64,000 nt of DNA from a virus. Location of the stretch: positions 1 to 64,000 of the IMG/VR virus record IMGVR_UViG_3300021375_000007; one strand, 5' to 3'. Position 1 is the stretch's first letter, and each line of letters starts with the position of its first letter. The position numbers were made by a program, and so were the translations under genes. Shown here piece by piece: positions 1 to 10,229 of the stretch. The notes under the pieces were generated by a model. It was given only the letters and a program-made list of their open reading frames with translations, did no database searches and was not told the DNA's origin.

Positions 1-919
1 ACATGCAATTCATCATTGTAGTATCTACTGGCCTATCACTAAAGATAACTTTATATTTAGGACAAACTGCATTTTTAACTGCATATAGATCTGTTCCATT
101 CTGGTCAATTGGCTGAGTATGCATAAGTAATGCACATCGCTCTGCTTTATCCTCGGGAAGCATTTCGCAGAAATTATTAAATGCTAATATTACATCACCT
201 GGATGCTTTCTATGGATATTACGGTTATTCCAAAATACAACAAAGTCAACATCATTTGTTTTCTGAAATTCTTCCTTAAATTTAATATATTCATCATGGC
301 CATCTGTTAATGGTGTAATAGGAAAGAATTTCTTTTCATTAACTCCATGCGGTACCCATTGTACTGCCCAATCAGGTTTAGGAAATTTCCGTAATACATT
401 TTTTACGATATTCTGTGTTTGTCGTGATATATTCATTAGCAAATCACATGACTCGTAGAATGGCTCATTCCAAGTTGGATAAGGTAAATCATCCCATATG
501 TTATAATACATTAATGGCATGGTCTGACGAATTTCATGTTCCATCTGATATAACCATTGCCAGAATCTAGGATCTGTAAAATGCAATATTGCATCTGGCT
601 TTTCTATATTAATAATTTGCTTTAATATATTAGCATCGCCATATCCATCCGTTGGATATATTTTAACGTTAGCATCATCAACACCTGTTTCTTTTCTAGC
701 ATCTTCTGATATATCAAATACTTTACCTGAATCAGGATGCTTGACAGCTGCTCCTAGTTGCACCCAATCATATTCCTGGCAAGTACCTAGAACGAATTCT
801 CGTGACATAGTTGCAATTCCAGAATGCATTCGCAAATCATCTGAAAGTAAAAGTATTTTCTTTTTCTTTGGCTTGTTAGGATCTATCTTCCTCAGCCGAG
901 GTAACTTAATTGAACTCAT
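1..919 (-). CDS. Glycosyltransferase (GT-B/GT4-like), partial: runs off the window start
   Basis: Not in the ORF track. Manual translation from ATG at 919 gives MSSIKLPRLRKIDPNKPKKKKILLLSDDLRMHSGIATMSRE...DAILHFTDPRFW...YYNIWDDLPYP...VPHG...VVFWNNRNIHRKHPG, a typical GT-B N-terminal Rossmann domain. An AAGGAG ribosome-binding site and an ATATTTATA motif lie upstream. Confidence 0.8.
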   Translation of the reverse strand, partial: MSSIKLPRLRKIDPNKPKKKKILLLSDDLRMHSGIATMSREFVLGTCQEYDWVQLGAAVKHPDSGKVFDISEDARKETGVDDANVKIYPTDGYGDANILKQIINIEKPDAILHFTDPRFWQWLYQMEHEIRQTMPLMYYNIWDDLPYPTWNEPFYESCDLLMNISRQTQNIVKNVLRKFPKPDWAVQWVPHGVNEKKFFPITPLTDGHDEYIKFKEEFQKTNDVDFVVFWNNRNIHRKHPGDVILAFNNFCEMLPEDKAERCALLMHTQPIDQNGTDLYAVKNAVCPKYKVIFSDRPVDTTMMNCM

Positions 920-962
920 ATAACTCCTTAAACTATTTAATATAAATATATATTAGAGACAG

Positions 963-1175
963 TTAATCATCTTTTTTCTTGGAGAAAATATAGGTATCAA
1001 TTGGCCAAAATACTAATGATCCTATAAATTGAAATCCGATAACTGTTGCCCAATGTGGCCATTGCAAAACATCTGTAAATAAATAAAGGCAAGGAGTTGT
1101 AATAAAGAACCCTGCTTGCCATTTAGCCATATATTTACCAAATGTTTTTGTGAAATAACTTTTTATTGTATTCAT
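963..1175 (-). CDS. Small two-TM membrane protein, weakly GtrA-like
   Basis: 70 aa with two hydrophobic segments and a ...FWPIDTYIFSKK end resembling GtrA-family helices; next to a glycosyltransferase. Confidence 0.4.
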   Translation of the reverse strand: MNTIKSYFTKTFGKYMAKWQAGFFITTPCLYLFTDVLQWPHWATVIGFQFIGSLVFWPIDTYIFSKKKDD

Positions 1176-1573
1176 GATATAATTACTACTGGTTTATTTA
1201 ATTTTTTTACATTTTTTATTGCACTCTCTGTTCCATTGGTAGGTGCTTTTGCTGGTACCAATGCGATCATTTTATCGCATGCTTTTGCTATTAGCATATT
1301 CCTATGATGAAATTGTGATACGTGATATGGCTTTCCATAATAAGAATCTGGCATTACTGAATATAGATTGCGTGGTGTATGTGCTGGATTGTATTCTTGA
1401 TACTTTAATCCAAATTCAATTGCATATTTTTTTACATGGTGATCGGCTCCATCTTTAGCTCCACTACCAATGATTATTAATTCATCACCTACTTTACGCT
1501 TAAGAGATGTTAGTATATCTTTTATCTTACGAGTATTATTATATTCTCTCGCACCGATTATTGCTACTTTCAT
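1172..1573 (-). CDS. SLOG-superfamily (YspA/DUF2493-like) protein
   Basis: KVAIIGARE...GSGAKDGAD...RNMLIAKACD...GTESAI...KPV motifs. Confidence 0.75.
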   Translation of the reverse strand: MKVAIIGAREYNNTRKIKDILTSLKRKVGDELIIIGSGAKDGADHHVKKYAIEFGLKYQEYNPAHTPRNLYSVMPDSYYGKPYHVSQFHHRNMLIAKACDKMIALVPAKAPTNGTESAIKNVKKLNKPVVIIS

Positions 1574-2523
1574 TCTAATATTCTTTTAGCCTTCGGACAT
1601 AAATCTTCATTATTAGCAAATTCACAATAGCGACAGTTTTTGCGTCCTTTACCTCCAACCGCTGGATATTCCTTATCTAATTTATATGAACCATCCTTAT
1701 TGAAAGAGGATTCAATGAATTGAAACAAATCTCTATTCAATTTATTACGAGTCGGCTTGCCACTTGCAGGACGGAATTGTTGCACTCTCTTCTGTGGAAA
1801 CATAGCTCCTTCTATCAATTGACGCTTCACTATAAAGTATTCAATATGAATCTTTTCTGCATTAACATCGAATTGCTTAGCATAGAACTCTTTATATAAT
1901 ACCAATTGCTGAGCTTTAAGCTTATCAGCCTTTTGATATTTATTCCACCCCATTGTACTAGTCTTGATATCTATTATAACAATTTCATCCGTAACAGTAT
2001 TGCGTAATACTATATCTAGAAACCCAATCATCATAATATGAGAACGCTCTTCTGATACAGGATGGCATATCGGAACTTCAATTCCTACCAGCTCCCAATT
2101 CTTATTAGTGAAGTATGCAGACCGCTTACGCTTTACCCAATCTAATATTTCAACGCCATGAGTATAAAATTCACCCATCTGGTCTTTAGATGTAAAATGT
2201 TCTACACCATTATCCAATGACTTCTTATACTCAGCTTTCATGTTATCAGATAACATAGTATGCAATGGTAATGCATCAGCAGCCTTAATAGATTCCGTAT
2301 ACATAACTGTAAGATATGTCTGGAATGTTTCATGGAAGGCTGTTCCAAACAAAGTATGAATACTCTGCTGGAATGTTCTTAATCCTCTGGCATATCCTAA
2401 TTCCCATTGTTTAGGACATTTAGCATACATTGCATATTGAGAATACGATATCTTCCGGTCCTCTTTCTTTGGCTCTCTCAGAGAGAATTTAATAAGAGGA
2501 CTAATATAATTAGATTCTTTCAT
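1570..2523 (-). CDS. Cas4-like PD-(D/E)XK exonuclease
   Basis: ISYSQ...CP, FGTAFHE, GFLDIV, IIDIKTS, QLVLY and C-terminal CRYC...C (Fe-S cysteines). Confidence 0.85.
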   Translation of the reverse strand: MKESNYISPLIKFSLREPKKEDRKISYSQYAMYAKCPKQWELGYARGLRTFQQSIHTLFGTAFHETFQTYLTVMYTESIKAADALPLHTMLSDNMKAEYKKSLDNGVEHFTSKDQMGEFYTHGVEILDWVKRKRSAYFTNKNWELVGIEVPICHPVSEERSHIMMIGFLDIVLRNTVTDEIVIIDIKTSTMGWNKYQKADKLKAQQLVLYKEFYAKQFDVNAEKIHIEYFIVKRQLIEGAMFPQKRVQQFRPASGKPTRNKLNRDLFQFIESSFNKDGSYKLDKEYPAVGGKGRKNCRYCEFANNEDLCPKAKRILE

Positions 2524-2558
2524 ACTTTAATATAAGAAAAATTATTGTAAGCTACAAA

Positions 2559-2930
2559 TTATTTTTTCCATAATCCACGCTCTACCAATTGAGCAATAAT
2601 ACCGTAATTTGTAATATCTTGATAGGTATCAGTTAAAGCTTCATTATTTGCTTCACGCTTATTTACTAATAGATTCTTCCATCGGTTTACTTTATCATTT
2701 AATCTAAAGAACAATCCAGATAATGCAAATTTCTTTTCATCTTCTGTTTCAAGATTAGTACCTTGAGAAATATTCCCCATTCCATAGTCGAGATGTTTTT
2801 TGCAAAATAACTCGAATTGCTCATCCATAACTTGTATATAACCATTATATATAGCTGGATATTCTTTCATCATGATTTCTCGTGATAACGTTTCTATGGA
2901 TTGGGGTTTTACGTCTCTATTCTTTGTCAT
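2559..2930 (-). CDS. DUF1599-like nucleotide-modification-associated protein
   Basis: LFCKKHLDYG...RLNDKVNR...NEALTDTYQDITNYGII pattern. Confidence 0.7.
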   Translation of the reverse strand: MTKNRDVKPQSIETLSREIMMKEYPAIYNGYIQVMDEQFELFCKKHLDYGMGNISQGTNLETEDEKKFALSGLFFRLNDKVNRWKNLLVNKREANNEALTDTYQDITNYGIIAQLVERGLWKK

Positions 2931-3367
2931 TTTGGTTTTTTCAATAATCGTTTAATATTAGCATCATCATTACCATACCGCTTTAATTCAGATACTAATT
3001 CTTCCTTTGGTAACAGTTCTAAATAATCTGATGCTTCTTGTTTATTCACCCAAAAACGATCGCATATGAACTTCACTAGCTCCGGTTGATACTTATTACC
3101 TTTCTTACCTTTAATATACTTAGAAAAAGTCTTTACCTTAGGTAGCAGTTCATAATACAATTGATATACCTGCTTCTTATCTAACAAGCCAATAGTATAT
3201 TGCTGCAGCATATCAACTAACTCAATATAATCAGGATTCATTGATAGCCATCGATTAATAATATATGGACTAAACGATTTCCGGTCCACTTCGTTTAATT
3301 TATCCCAAGAGACTTTCTTATGAGTTAAATTAGCAAGATGATCAAATATAGTTGCTGGTTTTTTCAT
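2927..3367 (-). CDS. Clamp loader small subunit (T4 gp62-like)
   Basis: FSPYIINRWLSM...YELLPK.K.FSKYIK...EASDYLELL motif; close to the large subunit. Confidence 0.7.
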   Translation of the reverse strand: MKKPATIFDHLANLTHKKVSWDKLNEVDRKSFSPYIINRWLSMNPDYIELVDMLQQYTIGLLDKKQVYQLYYELLPKVKTFSKYIKGKKGNKYQPELVKFICDRFWVNKQEASDYLELLPKEELVSELKRYGNDDANIKRLLKKPK

Positions 3368-3368
3368 A

Positions 3369-4997
<1,629 letters not shown>

Positions 4998-5015
4998 TTA
5001 TTTTTTTATTAATTA

Positions 5016-5258
5016 TTATTCTGATGCAGGTAAAAATTCTGCATTAATATGTCCACAATCATCACATCTAAAGATTGGAATTGGAACAATCTGTTCTTTG
5101 CCGGTAGGTGAAATTATTGCTGATATCCGTTTGAACATTTGCACTGATCGAAAGATCTTTCCGCCGCATTCTTCACAACAAACATCTTTAAGATCATTTG
5201 CATTGATCTTTAGTCCAGCCTCTTGCCTTCCTATATTTAAATCGATTTCTTTTCCCAT
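5016..5258 (-). CDS. Small Zn-ribbon protein
   Basis: CEECG...CDDCGH cysteine pairs. Confidence 0.6.
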   Translation of the reverse strand: MGKEIDLNIGRQEAGLKINANDLKDVCCEECGGKIFRSVQMFKRISAIISPTGKEQIVPIPIFRCDDCGHINAEFLPASE

Positions 5259-5264
5259 AACTTA

Positions 5265-6194
5265 TTACTTTATTTCTGTTAACAATTTTACCATCATTGC
5301 CATAACATGCAATTCTTTATCAACTGCAAACGAATCCTGGTATTGAGCTTCTGCAAGTATCAATATACAACTTGCTACATGGCCTTTAGCATAATTATCT
5401 ATCTCATCAAAAAGAAAGCGATATAATGCTGTAAAGTCTCTTACTTTACTATCATTGATCAACTGGCGTATCTGCTTAAAGCATTCTTTCTTATCAGATT
5501 CATTATTCATTATACCAAGCAGCTTAGTCATATAATTTGCCTGAACAATACTATGGTCATCTAATTTAAGCACGTTATCTACCGTATGGCTTTGACACGT
5601 ATTAAGTATTCTACGTATATCCGGATAACCATTATTAACAACAGTAACAATATCCTTGTTATCAAATGTAACTTCTCTCTCTTGCAAGATAGATACCATT
5701 CGCTTAGCTACATCTGCTTTAGAAGGTGGCTCTATTCCAAATACCTGACAGCGAGACTGTATTGGATCGATAATCTTTTCAACATAATTACAAGTCAATA
5801 TAAATCTTGTAGTCTTTGAAAATGTCTCCATTAGGTTACGAAGAGCAGCTTGAGCATTGGCCGTTAAGTAATCTGCCTCATCGAGTATACAGATCTTCCA
5901 TCTACGGAATCCAATAGTACTAGCAAAATTCTTTATCTTCTCTCTTACCGTTTCTACGTTATTCTCATCAGATGCATTGATATACATTACATCAGCATCA
6001 ACATTGTTAGCAATAATTTTAGCTAGCGTAGTTTTACCAGTACCAGCCTGGCCATATAATAATAGATGTGGCACATCTCCAGATTCAATATAAACCTTTA
6101 CTTTACCTACGATATGTTCATTACCAACATATCCATCTAATGTACTCGGTCTATAGGCCTCCGTCCAGAGGCTATTTTCTACATTTCCAAACAT
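5265..6194 (-). CDS. Clamp loader large subunit (RFC/T4 gp44-like AAA+)
   Basis: WTEAYRP, GQAGTGKTT Walker A, NASD, LDEAD Walker B, SRC motif. Confidence 0.93.
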   Translation of the reverse strand: MFGNVENSLWTEAYRPSTLDGYVGNEHIVGKVKVYIESGDVPHLLLYGQAGTGKTTLAKIIANNVDADVMYINASDENNVETVREKIKNFASTIGFRRWKICILDEADYLTANAQAALRNLMETFSKTTRFILTCNYVEKIIDPIQSRCQVFGIEPPSKADVAKRMVSILQEREVTFDNKDIVTVVNNGYPDIRRILNTCQSHTVDNVLKLDDHSIVQANYMTKLLGIMNNESDKKECFKQIRQLINDSKVRDFTALYRFLFDEIDNYAKGHVASCILILAEAQYQDSFAVDKELHVMAMMVKLLTEIK

Positions 6195-6200
6195 TTGTTA

Positions 6201-6638
6201 TTAGTTACCTGATGAACCAAATCCTCCATCGCCTCTTTCTGAATCAGATAACTCTGATACTTCTTCGAGTTCAATTTGCGGATAAGGCATAATGATTAAT
6301 TGTCCTATTCTTTCTCCTTCCTGATATTTACGTATCATTGGATAATTCATATCCTTTGGAAATCGATATCTAAATTTAATTTCACCGCGATAGCCGGAGT
6401 CTATAACTCCTACACAATTTGTTAATGCCAAGTCGGTCTTGCTCACAGAACTTCTTGGAAACATTAATCCTACATGACCTTCTGGCACCTCTATCGCGAT
6501 CCCAGTAAAGTATTCAATATAATTGTGATTCGCATTAAACTCCATGGCTACGGCAGTGAAATCTAATCCAGCATCTCCATCTTTAGCATATTCGGGTATA
6601 ACTGCTTTAGGATGTAACTTTTTAATTGCTACTTTCAT
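6201..6638 (-). CDS. dut: Trimeric dUTPase
   Basis: AGLD, PRSS, GVIDSGYRGEI, RGDGGFGSSG. Confidence 0.95.
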   Translation of the reverse strand: MKVAIKKLHPKAVIPEYAKDGDAGLDFTAVAMEFNANHNYIEYFTGIAIEVPEGHVGLMFPRSSVSKTDLALTNCVGVIDSGYRGEIKFRYRFPKDMNYPMIRKYQEGERIGQLIIMPYPQIELEEVSELSDSERGDGGFGSSGN

Positions 6639-7351
6639 GATGGCTGTAGCTGCACTAGATAATATGTACTTGCAAATCCATCACCTTTAAACGTAACTCT
6701 TGCTAATCCTGCTTCAGATACTTCTAAGCTACCATCCGTTGCATCCTTGTTAGCTGTTAAGATTTCTTTGAATAGATTTGCATTGAAACAAACATTAGCT
6801 ATATCTGCATCAACAGTAGCATCAACATTAAATGTAATCCTACTTGTTTTCATGCTAGAATAATTGATAACTAGCTGAGCTTTGTTATTAGATGTGTTAA
6901 CAGCAAAATTAGTTGATTCTGGCAATGCATTCTTCGATTTAATAAATCTATCAGCAAATCCCTTATCAAGTTTAATCTTAACAGTAAAGTCAGGCAGCTG
7001 CTTCATTTTAGGTACTTGCCTAATAACAGCTAAATCTGCTAGCATAAAGGTAGCATCTGAATTACTATCTGATACCTGTAAGCTGTATGCAGTTTCTTCT
7101 GCTTTTTTGATATCAATGTTGATATCATTTTCCAATGCAGATAGAATCTTTACAAGTTGAGATGTCGCATAAACTCCTAACTCGCCATTCGGTAGATCAA
7201 AATCTTCTGCAGATACAGTACCTACAACATTCTGGTCATCTGTAATAAAGTCGCAAGACATTGTTTTATCTTCTACAACTAGTTTAGTACTATTAGCATT
7301 ACCAGCCAAATAATACTTATCAATAAACGAAATTAATTTTTTCTTTTCCAT
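6635..7351 (-). CDS. DNA polymerase sliding clamp (T4 gp45-like)
   Basis: About 238 aa from MEKKKL, ending ...GLARVTF...STYYLV; next to the clamp loader. Start moved to the ATG at 7351, just downstream of a promoter motif. Confidence 0.75.
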   Translation of the reverse strand: MEKKKLISFIDKYYLAGNANSTKLVVEDKTMSCDFITDDQNVVGTVSAEDFDLPNGELGVYATSQLVKILSALENDINIDIKKAEETAYSLQVSDSNSDATFMLADLAVIRQVPKMKQLPDFTVKIKLDKGFADRFIKSKNALPESTNFAVNTSNNKAQLVINYSSMKTSRITFNVDATVDADIANVCFNANLFKEILTANKDATDGSLEVSEAGLARVTFKGDGFASTYYLVQLQPS

Positions 7352-7373
7352 ACTATAATATATAAAATTTTTA

Positions 7374-8561
7374 CTAAATATCAAAAAACTTACTGAAAGT
7401 TTCATTATTTGCCATTGTTAATGTTTGGCCACCATATCTGTTATACAATCCTACATGCTTTTCATATACCATATATGGATCATCTGATTCGAACATTTCT
7501 TCCATACTCTTTAGCACTAGATAAAAATCACGCGGTAATACCTTTTCTAATAACTCATCATGTGAATTTACTAATTCTTTAACCTGCTTAACTGTTTCAG
7601 TATATACAAACAAATTATTCATTGTCATTTTATTGTATACATTTGCATCATATTTAGCAACTTCATCAAAAGTAAATCCTTCATATACCGGATGACCTAA
7701 TGGATTAGGTACAGCAGTACCTGGTATATATGGAAGATTTTCTCCTTTCGGAAAGTATAAATCAGTAAAGGTCATTTTACTCAATTGAGCTGAATGAAGT
7801 GAAGTTCCATATACTGGATATAATCCTGGTGATGAAGAATCTGTTGATATTTGAATTCTACCTCCATAATGCTTATTCATCATCTTTTGGAAGTATGCTA
7901 ACAAGAAGAAATCAGATATTTTAGAAATTCCTAATACATGCACAAACTTGTTCTGCGTCTTTTCAAATTCTCTATGCTTAAGTAATGGAGCTAATCCACT
8001 CATAAACATTGATACTCTTTTCTGAGCTCCACCAATACACCAACCATTGAAATCAAAGTCTCTGACTCGGTTATACCAAGTTTCATATTCTGCAATACTA
8101 TTACCTTGTATTACATTTAAGAATTGAGTTTTACCTGATTGATTCTCTGCAAAATATTTAAAGTTCTCATATGAGATATCTAAACATTCTCTAAACTTAC
8201 CTTCATACTTGATACGTGGCGGTATATCCAGGTTAACGGCAATATCCGAATTGGCCTCTAGCCAATGGAATATCTTCTCTTTGATCTCTGGCGACCATTT
8301 AATAGCCCCTGTAACCAATTGGAATCCGCCGGAATCACCTATAACCTGGACATCATCACCACAACCATACTTCTGCCTAGCTTCCATATCTTTATAATGG
8401 TGACCAGCAGTAATTAGGAAGTATGGATGTCTCCATCGCTCTGGAAATGACTTGTCGTAGAATCTAGCAGTTAAGCCTGGCTTAACCTCTTTATTCTTTT
8501 TCAGAGCATCTGCACTACCACCTGCTGATAATGAGGGGTAGTATATTAATTCTTTACTCAT
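7374..8561 (-). CDS. dpdA: DpdA-like 7-deazaguanine DNA transglycosylase (TGT fold)
   Basis: DSGGFQ, LDIPP, VIQG, GGA, HVLG and DSSS motifs of the TGT family; sits in a cluster with folE/queD/queE. Start at 8561 overlaps the upstream stop (ATGA). Confidence 0.8.
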   Translation of the reverse strand: MSKELIYYPSLSAGGSADALKKNKEVKPGLTARFYDKSFPERWRHPYFLITAGHHYKDMEARQKYGCGDDVQVIGDSGGFQLVTGAIKWSPEIKEKIFHWLEANSDIAVNLDIPPRIKYEGKFRECLDISYENFKYFAENQSGKTQFLNVIQGNSIAEYETWYNRVRDFDFNGWCIGGAQKRVSMFMSGLAPLLKHREFEKTQNKFVHVLGISKISDFFLLAYFQKMMNKHYGGRIQISTDSSSPGLYPVYGTSLHSAQLSKMTFTDLYFPKGENLPYIPGTAVPNPLGHPVYEGFTFDEVAKYDANVYNKMTMNNLFVYTETVKQVKELVNSHDELLEKVLPRDFYLVLKSMEEMFESDDPYMVYEKHVGLYNRYGGQTLTMANNETFSKFFDI

Positions 8562-9739
8562 ACATTTATTCCTTTTCTTGTTAATAGATGTTTGCATAAT
8601 TCTTTTTCATGCCAAACATTTAATTCATAATCAATTCCATTTGAAACGATCATTGCCTCAGCCAATATGCCAATATCACATGCTTCTGCAATACCATGCT
8701 CCGGTCTCTTTGTTTTAATAGCATTATTCAATACTTTTAAAGCACTATCAACTTTAAATGGAGTATATCTTCTACTAACATCAACCGTTTCTTTAAATGA
8801 TCTAAAATCAGGATATACTAAATCAGTATCAAATACATCACCTTCAACTGCTGTAAATGCTACATAATCTTGCAATGCAGTATTAAATTGTATTTCTGAA
8901 GTCCTGAGTTTATCATAATATTCCTGCTTAGTAATTCCTTCGCAGATTTTAAACCTTGGCTCCGCTTTAGCTAACTCTCGCAACGCTTCCACGGTACCTG
9001 GCATCATACTTCTAATTTCTTTACCTGAAGTAGTTATGTGCCATTCCCATTTTGGATTTGCATCTAGAAATTGCTTCGCCACTTCCATCATAAAGAATGG
9101 ATTCTTTTCTTTATCAAATCTTGAAGTATAAACTACTACATTATCCTTAAAGGTCTTTTGAATATCACCGGCGGTCTTCCGAACTGAGTCTGAATGAACT
9201 GGTAATCCTAATACATGAATAGGTGCAGTAAACCCTGCTTCTCTCAATTGGTCTCTATGAATTGTACTTGCTACAAATATGCCAGCTAGATATTTATCAA
9301 ATCCTAACTCGTAATATCGCATCCATTCTCTCATCGGAAACGTGAAATCATATTCATCAACCGATTGAGCCCAGCATCTTGTATAAACCTTTACATTTTT
9401 ATATCCATACAAGTCCCAAGCATAAAACAATGCTTCAACTCCAGGATGCCACATATCTTGAATATATACAACGTCTCCATCTCGGAAATCATCAGATCGA
9501 ATAGCTTCAAGTAATCGTGTTACTTGGCTCATTGCAAATACTCCACGACCTACTGCATCTAATACGGCACCAACTTTAATTTCCTGATCGGGATCATAAT
9601 CACCTGGCACTGATATAAAATCGGCATTATCTTTGAATTGATTAAATGCGGCTGGCATCCAATCTTCTGTTAATTGACCTGTATATCTTGCTTTAAGAGG
9701 TTCCAGGCCTAAATACCATACTTTTTTCTTTTTTGTCAT
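8558..9739 (-). CDS. GT-B glycosyltransferase translationally coupled to dpdA
   Basis: VVYTSRFDKEKNP...KQEYYDKL...FNTALQDYVAFTAVEG...YPDFRSFKE, a GT-B C-terminal domain pattern. Confidence 0.7.
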   Translation of the reverse strand: MTKKKKVWYLGLEPLKARYTGQLTEDWMPAAFNQFKDNADFISVPGDYDPDQEIKVGAVLDAVGRGVFAMSQVTRLLEAIRSDDFRDGDVVYIQDMWHPGVEALFYAWDLYGYKNVKVYTRCWAQSVDEYDFTFPMREWMRYYELGFDKYLAGIFVASTIHRDQLREAGFTAPIHVLGLPVHSDSVRKTAGDIQKTFKDNVVVYTSRFDKEKNPFFMMEVAKQFLDANPKWEWHITTSGKEIRSMMPGTVEALRELAKAEPRFKICEGITKQEYYDKLRTSEIQFNTALQDYVAFTAVEGDVFDTDLVYPDFRSFKETVDVSRRYTPFKVDSALKVLNNAIKTKRPEHGIAEACDIGILAEAMIVSNGIDYELNVWHEKELCKHLLTRKGINV

Positions 9740-9740
9740 A

Positions 9741-10184
9741 TTATTGCTCGTTCCTATCATACTTGTAATCATCAGGTGTAATTCGCTGCATGCAGCCTTT
9801 CATAGATTGAATAGAAGCATACTTACCAGTATCAATTGAAATAGTATCTGTACTCTTAAGAAGATCGATTGGATACCTATCCTCTATTCTATAGATTATA
9901 TGTACTCGATTAAATACACCTAATGGAATATCTTTAATAGTATTTCGATCGGCTTCGATAGTTACTACTTGATTGGTTTCTAGTATTCCTAATATATCAT
10001 CCCATGCATCGTTTGGCGTTGGATGTAGATATGGCTGATTACAGTTTCTTACATATTCAATAGTAAAATAAATATGTGGATACTCTTTATAATTTTCTGG
10101 AATATGCTTTCGTACAAATACCGTATCGATATCTGCAAACCGGCCTTCGCATTCACGGCCATACCAATGAGATTTACCTTTCAT
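9741..10184 (-). CDS. Hypothetical protein in the deazaguanine operon
   Basis: 147-aa ORF (WYGRECEGRF...TVFVR...HIYF) that opens the operon with the GT and dpdA, downstream of its own promoter motif. Confidence 0.55.
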   Translation of the reverse strand: MKGKSHWYGRECEGRFADIDTVFVRKHIPENYKEYPHIYFTIEYVRNCNQPYLHPTPNDAWDDILGILETNQVVTIEADRNTIKDIPLGVFNRVHIIYRIEDRYPIDLLKSTDTISIDTGKYASIQSMKGCMQRITPDDYKYDRNEQ

Positions 10185-10229
10185 CTTTTAATTGTTTGAT
10201 TTGTAAATAATATATGAAATTAATTTCAA

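Noticed and set aside
1570-2523. Cas4-like gene as evidence of a CRISPR system
   Set aside because: No repeat-spacer array or other cas genes are visible; solo Cas4-like nucleases are common in phages.
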